Shown here in pieces: positions 50,146-60,654 of a stretch of 64,000 bases of DNA. The stretch comes from Desulfatiglandales bacterium (GTDB lineage Bacteria > Desulfobacterota > DSM-4660 > Desulfatiglandales > Desulfatiglandaceae). The stretch is from contig OY759599.1 in the NCBI GenBank assembly GCA_963662465.1, positions 1,568,001 through 1,632,000 of the forward strand. Direction: 5' to 3'. The stretch's first letter is position 1. Every line of letters starts with the position of its first letter. The translations under genes were made by a program, and so were the position numbers. The notes under the pieces were generated by a model, which saw only the letters and a program-made list of their open reading frames with translations, ran no database searches and was not told where the DNA came from.

Positions 50146-50913
50146 TTAAGTTGAACACAATCCCTTAACAAAACGGCCCACGGCATCAATCCCGTCCTTT
50201 TCCATGATCCGGATAGCCTGGGTGCCGATAACGGCGATATCCGCTTTTCCCGCCAGATAGTCCACATCCGCTTTTTCCTTGAGCCCGAAACCCACGGCCA
50301 GGGGAAGGGGCGAAGCCTTCCGACATTGGGCCAGGTAGGTGGACAGGTTTTGCGTAAATTCGGTTTCAGCGCCCGTGACGCCCTTCCTGGCTACGCAGTA
50401 AACAAACCCCTGAGCAAAGCCGCCAAGGGTTTGCATGCGCTCAAAAGAGGTTGTGGGTGAGAAAATCAGCACGGGGGACAATGCATGCGCGTTCATGGCC
50501 TTCAGGTACTCGCGGCCCTCTTCAGGGGGAAGATCCGGAATGATGGCCCCTTTGAGCCCTGTTTCCGCCATGCGCGCAACAAAAGCGTCCACGCCGTATT
50601 TAAACAGAATGTTGTAGTAAGTCATGATGAGAAACGGGATGTCAAACCGACGGGCAGCCTCGGCGGCAAATGCCAGGCATTTTTTCACAGTGGCCCCCCG
50701 TTCCAGGGCCTTCTGGTTGGCGCTCAAGATGATGGGTCCGTCCGCGATGGGTTCGGAAAAGGGAACCTGCAATTCCATCAGGTCCACACCCGCGTTCACC
50801 ATGGTTTCAACCAGGTTCATGGAGGCTTCAAATGAGGGGTATCCCACCACCATGTGCGTCATCAAAAGAATCTTTTTTTTCTTCAATCGGTTTCTCAAAT
50901 AGGTTTCAAGCAT
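50146..50913 (-). CDS. trpA: Tryptophan synthase alpha
   Basis: ELQVPFSEPIADGP, MTYYN, IIPDLP, RKGVTG, AVGFG. Confidence 0.95.
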   Translation of the reverse strand: MLETYLRNRLKKKKILLMTHMVVGYPSFEASMNLVETMVNAGVDLMELQVPFSEPIADGPIILSANQKALERGATVKKCLAFAAEAARRFDIPFLIMTYYNILFKYGVDAFVARMAETGLKGAIIPDLPPEEGREYLKAMNAHALSPVLIFSPTTSFERMQTLGGFAQGFVYCVARKGVTGAETEFTQNLSTYLAQCRKASPLPLAVGFGLKEKADVDYLAGKADIAVIGTQAIRIMEKDGIDAVGRFVKGLCST

Positions 50914-52132
50914 TGTAGTCCTCCGCTTTTTTCTGAATAAATGCTTTCCAGCCGGGATCATCAAAGGCGTCCGCGATGGTAAAGATGTCTTTGTCCCCCC
51001 GGCCCGATTGGTTGATCAAAATAATATCTTTCGTTGACAGTAAGGGTGCTTCCTTGAAGGCCTGGGCAAAGGCGTGGGCTGATTCGAGGGCCGGAATCAG
51101 GCCTTCCATGCGAAGGGTGAGGGACAGTGCGTCGATGACCTCCCGGTCCGCGGCAGCTTCAAACCGAACCCGGCCGCGATCGCCAAGGGATGCCAGGATG
51201 GGGGAAACACCGATATAGTCCAACCCGGCCGCCACGCTGTGGGTTTCCATCATCTGCCCCTCTTCATTTTGAAGGAAGTAGGTTTTGTACCCCTGGGCCA
51301 CACCCGGGCTGCCGTCCGCCGATGCCAGTCGGGCCGCATGTTGGCCCGTGTGAAGCCCTTTTCCAGCGGCTTCGACGCCTACCAGTTCCACCTCATCATC
51401 CAGGAAACCGTTGAATATCCCCAGCGCATTGGAGCCTCCGCCCACGCAGGCGTAGACCCGGGTGGGAAGCTTTCCCGTCTGTTTCAACATTTGCTCTCGG
51501 GCTTCTTTTCCGATAATGGACTGAAAATAGGACACCATTTCCGGATAGGGGTGGGGACCGCAGGCCGTGCCCAGCACATAATGGGTATCGTCCATATTTG
51601 AAACCCAGTCCCTGAAGGCTTCGTTGATGGCATCCTTGAGGATGCGGGACCCATCCGTTACGGGGACTACCCGTGCGCCGAGGCGTTCCATCCAGAAAAC
51701 ATTGGGCCGCTGCCGTTCCACATCCGTTTCCCCCATGTAGACGGTGCATCTCAGACCGTATTTGGCGGCCATGGTGGCAGTGGCCACGCCGTGCTGACCC
51801 GCGCCCGTCTCCGCGATGACCCGGGACTTTCCCATGCGTTTCACCAGGAGTCCCTGCCCCATGACGTTGTTGGCCTTGTGGGCGCCGGTGTGGTTTAAGT
51901 CTTCTCTCTTGATATAGATTTTCGCCCCGCCGAAGTGACGGGTCAGATTTTCGGCAAAGGTGATGGGCGTGGGTCGGCAGGAATAGGTACTCATGATATG
52001 CTCATATTCGTTCCAGAATGAGGGATCGGCCTTTGCGGTTTCAAAGGCCTTTACCAGTTCTTCAAATGTTGAGACCAGAATCTCGGGGATAAATGCCCCC
52101 CCGAATGGTCCGTAATAGCCCCGATGGTCCAT
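50906..52132 (-). CDS. trpB: Tryptophan synthase beta
   Basis: KREDLNHTGAHK, AETGAGQHG, VGGGSN, PALESAHA, SGRGDKD. Confidence 0.97.
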   Translation of the reverse strand: MDHRGYYGPFGGAFIPEILVSTFEELVKAFETAKADPSFWNEYEHIMSTYSCRPTPITFAENLTRHFGGAKIYIKREDLNHTGAHKANNVMGQGLLVKRMGKSRVIAETGAGQHGVATATMAAKYGLRCTVYMGETDVERQRPNVFWMERLGARVVPVTDGSRILKDAINEAFRDWVSNMDDTHYVLGTACGPHPYPEMVSYFQSIIGKEAREQMLKQTGKLPTRVYACVGGGSNALGIFNGFLDDEVELVGVEAAGKGLHTGQHAARLASADGSPGVAQGYKTYFLQNEEGQMMETHSVAAGLDYIGVSPILASLGDRGRVRFEAAADREVIDALSLTLRMEGLIPALESAHAFAQAFKEAPLLSTKDIILINQSGRGDKDIFTIADAFDDPGWKAFIQKKAEDYNA

Positions 52133-52133
52133 T

Positions 52134-52766
52134 TTATTGATGCCTCCGTTCAAAATCCTTAATTTTCCCCATGAAGATTCGCATCTTCTCATGATCCTTT
52201 ATGCCCGGTCTTTTCTCGATGCCGCTGCTGATATCGACGGCAAAGGGATTTACCTGTTCCAGGGCTTCGTCTATGTTGCCGGGTCCCAGTCCACCGGACA
52301 ACACCATGGGGATGCCTGACGCTTTGGCTTTCATTGCCAGGCGCCAGTCAAAGGTCTTGCCGGTGCCGCCGTTTAAGCCCTCTTGATAGGCGTCCAGGAG
52401 GATGGCCCTCACGTGGTTCTTAAATTCCGCAATCTGCGAAAGTGACGCTTCGCTTTGAACGCGAAAGGCTTTGATCACCTTTGGGGCCAGTTTGGAACAG
52501 GCGGAGACGGTCTCGTTTCCATGGAGTTGAAGCAGATCCAGGCCGCAGAAGTCCATGACCTTTCGAATTTCCGACGGTTGTTCATTAACGAAGACGCCGA
52601 CGGTTTTGACGAATGGAGAGATCCTCCGGGTGATATCCCTCGCTTTTTGAGGCGTGATTTGCCTGGGACTTTTCGCGAAAACGAATCCCAGGGCATCCGC
52701 GCCCAATTCAATTGCCTTTTCGGCATCCGCCATATGGGTGATGCCGCAGATTTTAACCCGTATCAC
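52134..52766 (-). CDS. trpF: Phosphoribosylanthranilate isomerase
   Basis: VKICGIT, LQLHGNE, GGTGKTFDW, VDISSGIE. Confidence 0.96.
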   Translation of the reverse strand: MIRVKICGITHMADAEKAIELGADALGFVFAKSPRQITPQKARDITRRISPFVKTVGVFVNEQPSEIRKVMDFCGLDLLQLHGNETVSACSKLAPKVIKAFRVQSEASLSQIAEFKNHVRAILLDAYQEGLNGGTGKTFDWRLAMKAKASGIPMVLSGGLGPGNIDEALEQVNPFAVDISSGIEKRPGIKDHEKMRIFMGKIKDFERRHQ

Positions 52767-53548
52767 TGTTTTGCTCCCGCCTTTACCAACTCCGCCGCCT
52801 TTTGCCCCGGATCATCCGCCCCCATCAGCGCCGAACCCACCAGCACCGCCTGAATATTCAACCCCTTATAGGGTTCTATGTCTTTGCCTGAAAGGATGCC
52901 GCTTTCACTGATCACCACCCTGTCCGGGGGGATGAGGGGCGCCAGATCGAGTGTGGTGTCGGCATTGATCTCAAAGGTGTCCAGATCACGGTTGTTGATG
53001 CCGATAATCCGGGCATCGCAGTTCAGCGCTTTTTCCAGATCCCGGTTGTCGTGAATTTCAGTGAGTGCGCTCATACCCAATGCCCGTGCGGCATCGAGGA
53101 GGTGTTTCAATTGTTGCTCGGACAATATCCGGGCAATGAGCAGCACCGCATCGGCGCCGAACCAGGCGGACTCGGTGATCTGAATTTCATCTATTATAAA
53201 ATCCTTTCGAAGGATCGGCAGGGATACCGCCTGCTTCAGCCGGGACAGGTTTTTCAGATCCCCTTTAAAAAATTTCCGGTCCGTCAGCAGGGAGATGGCG
53301 GCGGCGCCGGCTTTCTCATAAGCGCGGCCGATGGCCGGTGGATCGGAATCATCCCGAATAATGCCTTGCGAGGGAGATCCGAATTTGATTTCAGCAATCA
53401 GATCAATCCCATCGTTGGACGTCAGCGCCTCCTTGAAATTGCGGATGCCGCCTGAAAAACGGTTCTCCGGCAATGCCGATGATCCCTTTTTCAGACGTTC
53501 CACTTCTCTCTTTTTTTCTGCCAGGATTTCTAACAGCTTGGCGTGCAT
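52763..53548 (-). CDS. trpC: Indole-3-glycerol phosphate synthase
   Basis: IAEIKFGSPSQG, LRKDFI, GINNRDL, ISESGI. Confidence 0.96.
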   Translation of the reverse strand: MHAKLLEILAEKKREVERLKKGSSALPENRFSGGIRNFKEALTSNDGIDLIAEIKFGSPSQGIIRDDSDPPAIGRAYEKAGAAAISLLTDRKFFKGDLKNLSRLKQAVSLPILRKDFIIDEIQITESAWFGADAVLLIARILSEQQLKHLLDAARALGMSALTEIHDNRDLEKALNCDARIIGINNRDLDTFEINADTTLDLAPLIPPDRVVISESGILSGKDIEPYKGLNIQAVLVGSALMGADDPGQKAAELVKAGAKQ

Positions 53549-54628
53549 CTACAGTTCCTTTCGCACAAAGTCGGTGCATCCCCGGGTGAAATCCACCAGC
53601 GCATCCAGCTTTTCCCTGGCCTTGCCTGAATCGATGATGTCTTCCGCCCGTTTGATGCCGGCGAAAAAGTCCGGATCCAGACCGGCCGCCACATAGGCGG
53701 AGGCGGCGTTGAGCAGGACCATCTCCCGCTTGGGACCTTTTTCGCCGGCAAGGATTTGGCGGACGATTTCCGCATTCCGTTTGGCATTGCCCCCCTGTAT
53801 GTCTTCGGCAGCGGCCCGTTTGAACCCGTAGGTTTCCGGTTCCATGTTAAAGGTATCGATGTCGCCGTTTTTAAGGTGGGTAATCTTGGTTTTTCCGCAG
53901 ATGCTGATTTCGTCGTAAGTGCCTTCGCCGCATACCACAAAGGCCTCCCGAACTCCCAGGTTGCCTAAGACCCGGGCCATCATTTCCGTCAGGTCAGGGG
54001 AGTACACCCCCAGAACCTGTACGTTGGCGCCCGCCGGATTGGTTAACGGCCCCAGGAGGTTGAAAAGGGTCCTGATGCCCATTTCACGCCGGGGTTCGGC
54101 GGCGTACTTCATGGCCCCGTGAAAACTCGGGGCGTAGAGAAATCCGATGCCCACCTCGTCCACACATCGCTCCACATCCGCGTGGTTGATGTCCAGGTTG
54201 ACGCCCAGATTCTCCAGCACATCCGCGCTGCCGCAAAGGCTGGATACCGCGCGGTTACCGTGTTTGGCCACCCGCAGGCCTGCGCCGGCCGCCACGAAGG
54301 CGGTGGTGGTGGAGACATTGAACGTCCGGGTCCCGTCTCCACCGGTGCCCACAATGTCAAGCAGGGTTTCATCTTCCGCATTGATCTCATCCCGGTCAAT
54401 GCTGACCAGGTGGTTTTTGACGTTAATCTTTCCGCCTTTCTCACGCATGACCCTGGCGGCGCCTGTGATTTCCGCCACGGTTTCGCCCTTCATCCGCAGC
54501 GCCGTCAGAAATGACCCGATTTGTGAAGGGGTTGTCTGGCCGGTCATAATCTCATTCATGGTGGAAACCATTTCTTTTTCGGTCAAATCCTGTTTGTTTA
54601 CCACTTTAGCGATGGCCTGTTTGATCAT
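53549..54628 (-). CDS. trpD: Anthranilate phosphoribosyltransferase
   Basis: VGTGGDG, FNVST, KHGNRAVSS.CGSAD, NLLGPLTNP. Confidence 0.96.
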   Translation of the reverse strand: MIKQAIAKVVNKQDLTEKEMVSTMNEIMTGQTTPSQIGSFLTALRMKGETVAEITGAARVMREKGGKINVKNHLVSIDRDEINAEDETLLDIVGTGGDGTRTFNVSTTTAFVAAGAGLRVAKHGNRAVSSLCGSADVLENLGVNLDINHADVERCVDEVGIGFLYAPSFHGAMKYAAEPRREMGIRTLFNLLGPLTNPAGANVQVLGVYSPDLTEMMARVLGNLGVREAFVVCGEGTYDEISICGKTKITHLKNGDIDTFNMEPETYGFKRAAAEDIQGGNAKRNAEIVRQILAGEKGPKREMVLLNAASAYVAAGLDPDFFAGIKRAEDIIDSGKAREKLDALVDFTRGCTDFVRKEL

Positions 54629-55197
54629 TGGTCGATCCTCCCTAAAAAATTTTTAATGATATCCATCCCGGCATCGGTCAAAATGGATTCCGGATGGAAT
54701 TGCACCCCTTCCATGGGGTGTTGTTTGTGTCTCAGTCCCATTACTTCACCCTGTTCCGTCCAGGCGCTTACTTCGAAGCAGTCCGGGATCCGATTGCCGT
54801 CGACAATCAGGGAATGATAGCGGATGGCGGGAAAAGGGTTGGGCAGGTTACGATAAAGGGTCCGGCCGTCATGGAATATGAGGCTTGTCTTTCCGTGCAT
54901 GATCCGGTTTGCTCGAATCACTTCACCGCCGAAAGCGGCGGCCATGGATTGATGACCCAGGCACACCCCCAGAATCGGAATCTTTTTTCCAAAATGCCGA
55001 ATGGCATCCACCGAAATACCGGCATCATCCGGCGTGCCCGGGCCGGGGGATACCAGGAGGGCGGTCGGGTTTAAATCTTCCAGCGCCGGGATGTCCACCT
55101 GGTTGTTCCGCCGTACGGAAATGCTTTTCCCCAATACCTGTATCATCTGGACCAGGTTGTAGGTAAAGGAATCGTAATTGTCGATCATCAGAATCAT
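54625..55197 (-). CDS. trpG: Anthranilate synthase component II
   Basis: IDNYDSFTYNL, SPGPG, GVCLGHQ, QFHPES. Confidence 0.95.
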   Translation of the reverse strand: MILMIDNYDSFTYNLVQMIQVLGKSISVRRNNQVDIPALEDLNPTALLVSPGPGTPDDAGISVDAIRHFGKKIPILGVCLGHQSMAAAFGGEVIRANRIMHGKTSLIFHDGRTLYRNLPNPFPAIRYHSLIVDGNRIPDCFEVSAWTEQGEVMGLRHKQHPMEGVQFHPESILTDAGMDIIKNFLGRIDQ

Positions 55198-56663
55198 TTG
55201 GTTTTCGTCCTCCCGATGGCCTGAAACATGGCGCCCGCCTTGTTCAGGGTTTCCTGGTATTCCTTTTCCGGATCGGAGTCGGCCACAATCCCGGCGCCCA
55301 CCTGGATGGACAGCTTATCCTTGTGCAGGGTTATGGTGCGGATGGTGATGCAGAAGTCCATGTTGCCGTTGAACCCGAAATACCCGACGGCCCCCGCGTA
55401 GGGGCCCCTGGGTGAAGGTTCCAGCTCATGGATGATTTCCATGGCACGGATTTTGGGGGCGCCTGAAACCGTTCCCGCGGGAAATGACGCCATGAAGAGG
55501 TCAAAGGCGTCTTTTTCCGGGCTCAATTTCGCTTCCACACGGCTGACCAGGTGCATCACATGGGAGTAACGTTCCACTTCCATCAACCTGGGAACCATAA
55601 CCGTCCCCGGCGCCGCCACCCTTCCCGCATCGTTTCTCCCCAGATCCACCAGCATGATGTGTTCGGCCCGCTCCTTGGGATCCGCCATGAGTTCTTGTTC
55701 CAGGGCCTGGTCCATGGTCTCGTTTTTTCCTCTGGGCCTCGTGCCCGCGATGGGGCGCAATTCAATGCGATCGTCCGTAAGGCGCACCAGAATTTCAGGG
55801 GAAGCGCCGATCAGTCGGGTTTCTCCGAAATTGAGATAAAACATGTAGGGCGACGGATTGATGCTCCTGAGCTTTCGATAGAGGGCAAAATCATCTCCCG
55901 ATACGGTTCCCTGAAATTGCTGGGACAGAACTATCTGGATAGCGTCGCCTGCCGCAATATATTCCTTGGCCTGTCTTACAGCCCCCATGAAGGGTTCTTT
56001 TTTAAAATTGGAGCTGATCTCCGATATTTTGACGTCATTTCCTTCCATGATGGTGGGAACAGGCCGGCTGAGTTCGGCAATGGTTTCATTCACCGCGTCG
56101 CAAGCCTGAAAATAGGCGGACTCCGGATCTTCGTTTTCCAACACGTGAGCATGGGCCGCTACGGTAATTTTGTGGGTCAGGTGATCAAAGATGATGAGCC
56201 GCCGGGAAGCGGTGAAAATGCATTCCGGCATGTCTGCATCCGGACGCGCCGGGACCGGTTCCCAGGTCCGAATCAGGTCGTAATTGAAAAATCCTACGAG
56301 ACCTCCTTGAAACGGGGGAAGATCCTCTGATGTCACGGAACGGTATTGTGACGCCAGATCCCTCAAAACTTCCAGGGGATTTTCAACCGGGTTGAGGGTT
56401 TCGGTTTCATCACCCTTTGTAATCTCCATCCGTTGGCCCATGAACCGGGCCGTCAGAAGGGGTTTATATCCAATAAAACTGTACCGGCCCCAGGTCGTTC
56501 CGCCGTCCGCGCTTTCCAGAAGATAGGAAAAGGCTTTGTCTTTGATTTTCAGATAAGCTGAAACCGGGGTTTCCGTATCCGCAAGGAATTCCCCATACAC
56601 CGGTATCAGGTTGCCGTGCGCCGCCATTCGTTTGAATTGTGAAAGAGAAGGTCGTATTTCCAA
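55194..56663 (-). CDS. trpE: Anthranilate synthase component I
   Basis: DTETPVSAY, LLES, NPSPYM, PIAGTRPRG, AEHIMLVDLGRND, SGAPK; TTG start inferred at 56663. Confidence 0.95.
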   Translation of the reverse strand: MEIRPSLSQFKRMAAHGNLIPVYGEFLADTETPVSAYLKIKDKAFSYLLESADGGTTWGRYSFIGYKPLLTARFMGQRMEITKGDETETLNPVENPLEVLRDLASQYRSVTSEDLPPFQGGLVGFFNYDLIRTWEPVPARPDADMPECIFTASRRLIIFDHLTHKITVAAHAHVLENEDPESAYFQACDAVNETIAELSRPVPTIMEGNDVKISEISSNFKKEPFMGAVRQAKEYIAAGDAIQIVLSQQFQGTVSGDDFALYRKLRSINPSPYMFYLNFGETRLIGASPEILVRLTDDRIELRPIAGTRPRGKNETMDQALEQELMADPKERAEHIMLVDLGRNDAGRVAAPGTVMVPRLMEVERYSHVMHLVSRVEAKLSPEKDAFDLFMASFPAGTVSGAPKIRAMEIIHELEPSPRGPYAGAVGYFGFNGNMDFCITIRTITLHKDKLSIQVGAGIVADSDPEKEYQETLNKAGAMFQAIGRTKTK

Positions 56664-56693
56664 AATGCCTGATCCTCTTGAAATTGGCCCCTC

Positions 56694-56735
56694 AAAAAAA
56701 TAGGGCCGTGGGAATTTTGCCCCACGGCCCTTTTG
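56694..56735 (-). terminator. Intrinsic terminator T2 in the trp leader
   Basis: AGGGCCGTGGG-GCAAAATT-CCCACGGCCCT-ATTTTTTT. Confidence 0.85.
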
Positions 56736-56749
56736 TTTGTAATGCTCAA

Positions 56750-56792
56750 ATAAAAAAAACCGTGAAGCCCTTGATGAAGCGCGCCACGGTTT
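56750..56792 (-). terminator. Terminator-like hairpin T1 in the trp leader
   Basis: AAACCGTG...CACGGTTT followed by a T run. Confidence 0.7.
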
Positions 56793-56818
56793 GCTTGTTG
56801 ATGATATTACTGCTGGTT

Positions 56819-56908
56819 CTAAACCCGGTGGGCACACCCCCTCTGTATGAAGCTGCGCCACCACCAATTTCTTAAAGCACTTGTATTTTTTATCTCACAT
56901 GTTTTCAT
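56819..56908 (-). CDS. trpL: trp operon leader peptide (29 aa, WWW)
   Basis: MKTCEIKNTSALRNWWWRSFIQRGCAHRV*, upstream of the terminators and trpE. Confidence 0.85.
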   Translation of the reverse strand: MKTCEIKNTSALRNWWWRSFIQRGCAHRV

Positions 56909-57071
56909 GGGTGAATTTTTAAACTTTTGAAAAAGAATTGTCAAGGAGTTTTTTTAACTTTTAAAAAACAAGGCTGGATGCGTTGTTTATCCCTCTTGAC
57001 AAATTGGCGATTTCGTTTGACACTGAAATCTGGTTATCAAATTTACAGCACCGGGTTCCAAGGAGGAAAAA

Positions 57072-58784
57072 TTGAAAAACACTTTTAAAATTAGTATGTT
57101 CCGGATTGTGAAAACCGGAAGATGGTTGGTTTTGGGTATTGCCATGGTCCTGATGCCATCCTTATGTTTTTCAGAAGGGGATGAAACAAAGATGATCGAA
57201 ATGTTGTCAGAGAGTTCGAAACTGATTAACCCTCAGTCGGTTTTATCGGGTTTTGCGGATGGAAGTTCAACAACCCGCGTCATCGTAAATTTGAGACAGC
57301 CGGTTAATGTAAGTACCCCGCTAAATCTAAGAAACATGGATGCCCGAAAACAGATGGTAACTGATGTAAGCAATGCGCAGGATCGAGTCATTGGCGACAT
57401 GAATGCTCGAGAAACCCGGATTACAAACCGTTTTAAATATGTTTATGGATTTTCGGCGCAGGTAACTTTAAAGGGGCTTCAAGCACTCATCGACAATGGG
57501 GACGTCACTTCCATTGAAAAAGATGAGATTCTTCATCCCAACCTGGCCCAAGGCATCCCTTTGATGAATGCAGCAACGGCCAGAAGTACCTATAACGGGA
57601 GTGGGGTGTCCGTGGCGATCTGCGACACCGGCATTGATTACACCCATTCCCGTTTGGGCGGAGGCGGGTTTCCCAATCCAAAAGTGATTGGCGGATATGA
57701 TTGCGGAGAGGACAAAAATGACCCCATGGATGGAAATGGACACGGCACTGCCTGCGCCGGGATCGCCGCCGGCGATCTTGGTACTGTGGGAGATTATATC
57801 GGCGGCGTGGCCTACAGCGCCAGGCTTTATGCTTTGAAAATAACGGATACTGCAACCGGGGGAAGTGCCTGGACATCGGATATGATTGAGGGCTGGGAAT
57901 GGTGTGTTACCCATCAAAACGATGACCCCAACAACCCCATTATGATTGTCAGCACCAGCTTTGGGGGGGGCAGGTATTACAGCACCTGCGACAGCGCCTC
58001 CACCGCTATGACTGCGGCTGCGGCCAATGCTGCATCGGTGGGTATGACGCTTTTTGTTTCTTCGGGAAACGACGGTTACTGCGATTCCATAGGTTGGCCC
58101 GCGTGTATTTCCCATGTCATTTCGGTCGGTGCGGTCTACGACGCCGGATTTACAACATCATCCATCGGCTGGTGCGTTTCCTCCGGTTCCTGCGCCGACA
58201 AGATTTCGACCTGGGGGTGTTCTACAGGGTGGTATTCCCCGCAGGAACCCGATTCCGACCGAGTGATTGTTTATTCCAACACCGCCTCTTTCCTGGGCCT
58301 TCTGGCGCCCTCCAACTGGGCCACTACCACAAAAATGGGGGGAGGTTATTACACTGGCGCCTACGGGTTCGGCGGCACTTCCGCCGCGTGCCCTTATGCA
58401 GCCGGAGCTGCTGCATGTTTGCAAAGCGCCAGTAAAACGCTCAGCAGCACTTTTCTATCACCGAGTCAGGTTAAATCAAAACTGGTGGAGAGTGGAGATC
58501 CGATCACCGATGGAAAAGTGGCCATCACAAAACCACGGGTGAACCTGGGAGCCGCAGTGGCCTCAATGGCCTCCTGTCCCGATTGTCCCGCTAATGGCAT
58601 TATTAACAATACGATCTATCTTTCAGATACGAACTGTTCGTGCAGCAACGCGACATCTCTAACCCTCGGTGAAAATACCACAGTCAAAGATGGCGCCGCC
58701 GTTACCTTCATTGCACCCTCCGTGAATGTGGAACCCGGTTTTCATGCGGAAAACGGAGCTGTCGTTACCATACGGCGCCAGTAA
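57072..58784 (+). CDS. Secreted subtilisin-family (S8) serine protease
   Basis: Signal peptide, prodomain, ICDTG, HGTACAG, SSGN, GTSAACP. Confidence 0.92.
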   Translation: MKNTFKISMFRIVKTGRWLVLGIAMVLMPSLCFSEGDETKMIEMLSESSKLINPQSVLSGFADGSSTTRVIVNLRQPVNVSTPLNLRNMDARKQMVTDVSNAQDRVIGDMNARETRITNRFKYVYGFSAQVTLKGLQALIDNGDVTSIEKDEILHPNLAQGIPLMNAATARSTYNGSGVSVAICDTGIDYTHSRLGGGGFPNPKVIGGYDCGEDKNDPMDGNGHGTACAGIAAGDLGTVGDYIGGVAYSARLYALKITDTATGGSAWTSDMIEGWEWCVTHQNDDPNNPIMIVSTSFGGGRYYSTCDSASTAMTAAAANAASVGMTLFVSSGNDGYCDSIGWPACISHVISVGAVYDAGFTTSSIGWCVSSGSCADKISTWGCSTGWYSPQEPDSDRVIVYSNTASFLGLLAPSNWATTTKMGGGYYTGAYGFGGTSAACPYAAGAAACLQSASKTLSSTFLSPSQVKSKLVESGDPITDGKVAITKPRVNLGAAVASMASCPDCPANGIINNTIYLSDTNCSCSNATSLTLGENTTVKDGAAVTFIAPSVNVEPGFHAENGAVVTIRRQ

Positions 58785-58887
58785 ATAGGGGAAAAATCCT
58801 GAAAATTATTGACCCCGGTATATTCTCATATTAGCGTTCTGAAATAAGCAACATTCTGAAACCCTTGACTGGGAGGCGTTATAAACC

Positions 58888-59805
58888 ATGAGCAACCCCA
58901 ATCTGGCAGTCCAAATCGGCTCTCTGAAACTCAAAAATCCGGTTCTTACGGCCTCGGGAACCTTTGGCTATGGACGGGAATTCGCGCCCCTCATGGATCC
59001 CAACCTGCTGGGCGGCATCGTTGTCAAGGGCATTTCCCTCAAACCCATGGAAGGAAATCCCCCGCCCCGCATCGTGGAGACCCCCTGCGGTATGTTGAAT
59101 GCCATCGGGTTGGCCAATGTGGGGCTCGATGCGTTTTTGTCGGAAAAACTACCCTGGCTTCAGACGCTGGATACCTGCGTCATCGTAAACATTTACGGCC
59201 ATTCCCTTGACGAATACGGCGCCGTGGCGGCGGGGCTCAAGGGAATTGAAGGTGTTTCCGCACTCGAAGTCAACATCAGCTGCCCCAATGTGGAGCAGGG
59301 GGGTATGGCTTTCGGTACGGACCCAGGGATGGCCGCGCGGGTTACGGAACGGGTCCTGAAAGAAACAGACAAGCCCGTCATCGTCAAATTATCTCCCAAT
59401 GTCACGGATATTCGAAAAATCGCCCTTGCCGTGGAAAAGGCCGGCGCCCACGCCCTGTCCCTGATCAACACCCTGACCGGTATGGCCATTAATATCGAAA
59501 CCCGCACCACCCAGCTGGCCAACGGGAGCGGCGGGTTATCGGGCCCGGCCATCCGCCCGGTGGCACTTCACATGGTGCGCCAGGTGGTCAAAACCGTTAC
59601 AATTCCCGTTATCGGCATGGGAGGAATCCTGGAACCGCGAGATGCCCTGGAATTTCTCATTGCGGGGGCCAGGGCAATCCAGGTGGGAACGGCCAACTTC
59701 ATCAATCCAAGGGCTGCTTTGAACATTATCAAGGGCCTGGAGGATTTTTTGAGTGAGCATGGCATCGAATCCATTGATGATATTATCGGTTCCCTGAAAG
59801 TATGA
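58888..59805 (+). CDS. pyrD: Dihydroorotate dehydrogenase, catalytic subunit (class 1)
   Basis: ASGTFGYG, NAIGLAN, NISCPN, VKLSPN, INT, GGLSG. Confidence 0.95.
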   Translation: MSNPNLAVQIGSLKLKNPVLTASGTFGYGREFAPLMDPNLLGGIVVKGISLKPMEGNPPPRIVETPCGMLNAIGLANVGLDAFLSEKLPWLQTLDTCVIVNIYGHSLDEYGAVAAGLKGIEGVSALEVNISCPNVEQGGMAFGTDPGMAARVTERVLKETDKPVIVKLSPNVTDIRKIALAVEKAGAHALSLINTLTGMAINIETRTTQLANGSGGLSGPAIRPVALHMVRQVVKTVTIPVIGMGGILEPRDALEFLIAGARAIQVGTANFINPRAALNIIKGLEDFLSEHGIESIDDIIGSLKV

Positions 59806-59833
59806 CGACTGCCCTTTGGAAAGGACGAATGGA

Positions 59834-60644
59834 AATGAAGATTTTATGCCCCAGTCAATTTCTGGTATTGGCTTTACTGTTTCTAATGGTTTTCATGGGC
59901 TTGCCGGAACAGGGAATCTGTGAAGAGCGATCTTTCGGAAAGGTGGTTCAACTCGATGCCGGCGACCGGGAAGCCCTGGCCATTCTGGGAGAGGGGGTCG
60001 TGGGCAAATCGCTGCCGGCATGGCCCATCACGGACACGGCCGGCCTGATGCCCTTGCGTGAAGGGGAATGGACCTACCGGATTACCGCCGGCGACCGGGA
60101 AGGAACACGCCAGGTGGCTGTCATCTCAAAGACGGACCGAAAGAATGGACAATGGTGGCATCGGATGGTAGTTGGGGATTCTACTGAGTTTTTCTCGGTT
60201 ACAGGCGACGGCGCCATCAATCTGGTTTCGGAAATGGACCTGAAGCAGGGCGTTATCACCCGCTATGATCCCATACTTCCGCTCATGTCCGGCGGTATGA
60301 AGCCGGGTGAAACATCCCGGGTTGAAACAGTGGTAAAGGTCTATGATCTCAATGATCCCACTTTTTTAAAATACAGCGGGCATCTCAAGGTGACCCATAC
60401 CTATGTGGGGGCTTACGAAATAACGGTTCCGGCGGGAAAATATGAGGGGGTGCTCATCAAGTCTTCCTATGCGGGAGAGGTGGGACCGGCCCATGTGGTG
60501 GACGGCGGATATGTGTTTTATGCCAAAAACGTGGGCATGGTGGCATCCGTTGAACGGATGCATGTGACGGCATTTCTTTTTTACGACAAACGGACCCAAA
60601 CGCCGAAAGTGCTGGTTCAACCTGTGACGCCCACGATCCGATAG
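59834..60644 (+). CDS. Exported hypothetical protein
   Basis: Signal-like N-terminus; ITVPAGKY...YAKNVGMV motif; start uncertain. Confidence 0.7.
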
Positions 60645-60654
60645 GATCAGCTCA

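Noticed and set aside
56664..56867. N-terminal extension of TrpE in the ORF track
   Set aside because: Runs through the leader peptide and terminators; TrpE homology begins near 56663.
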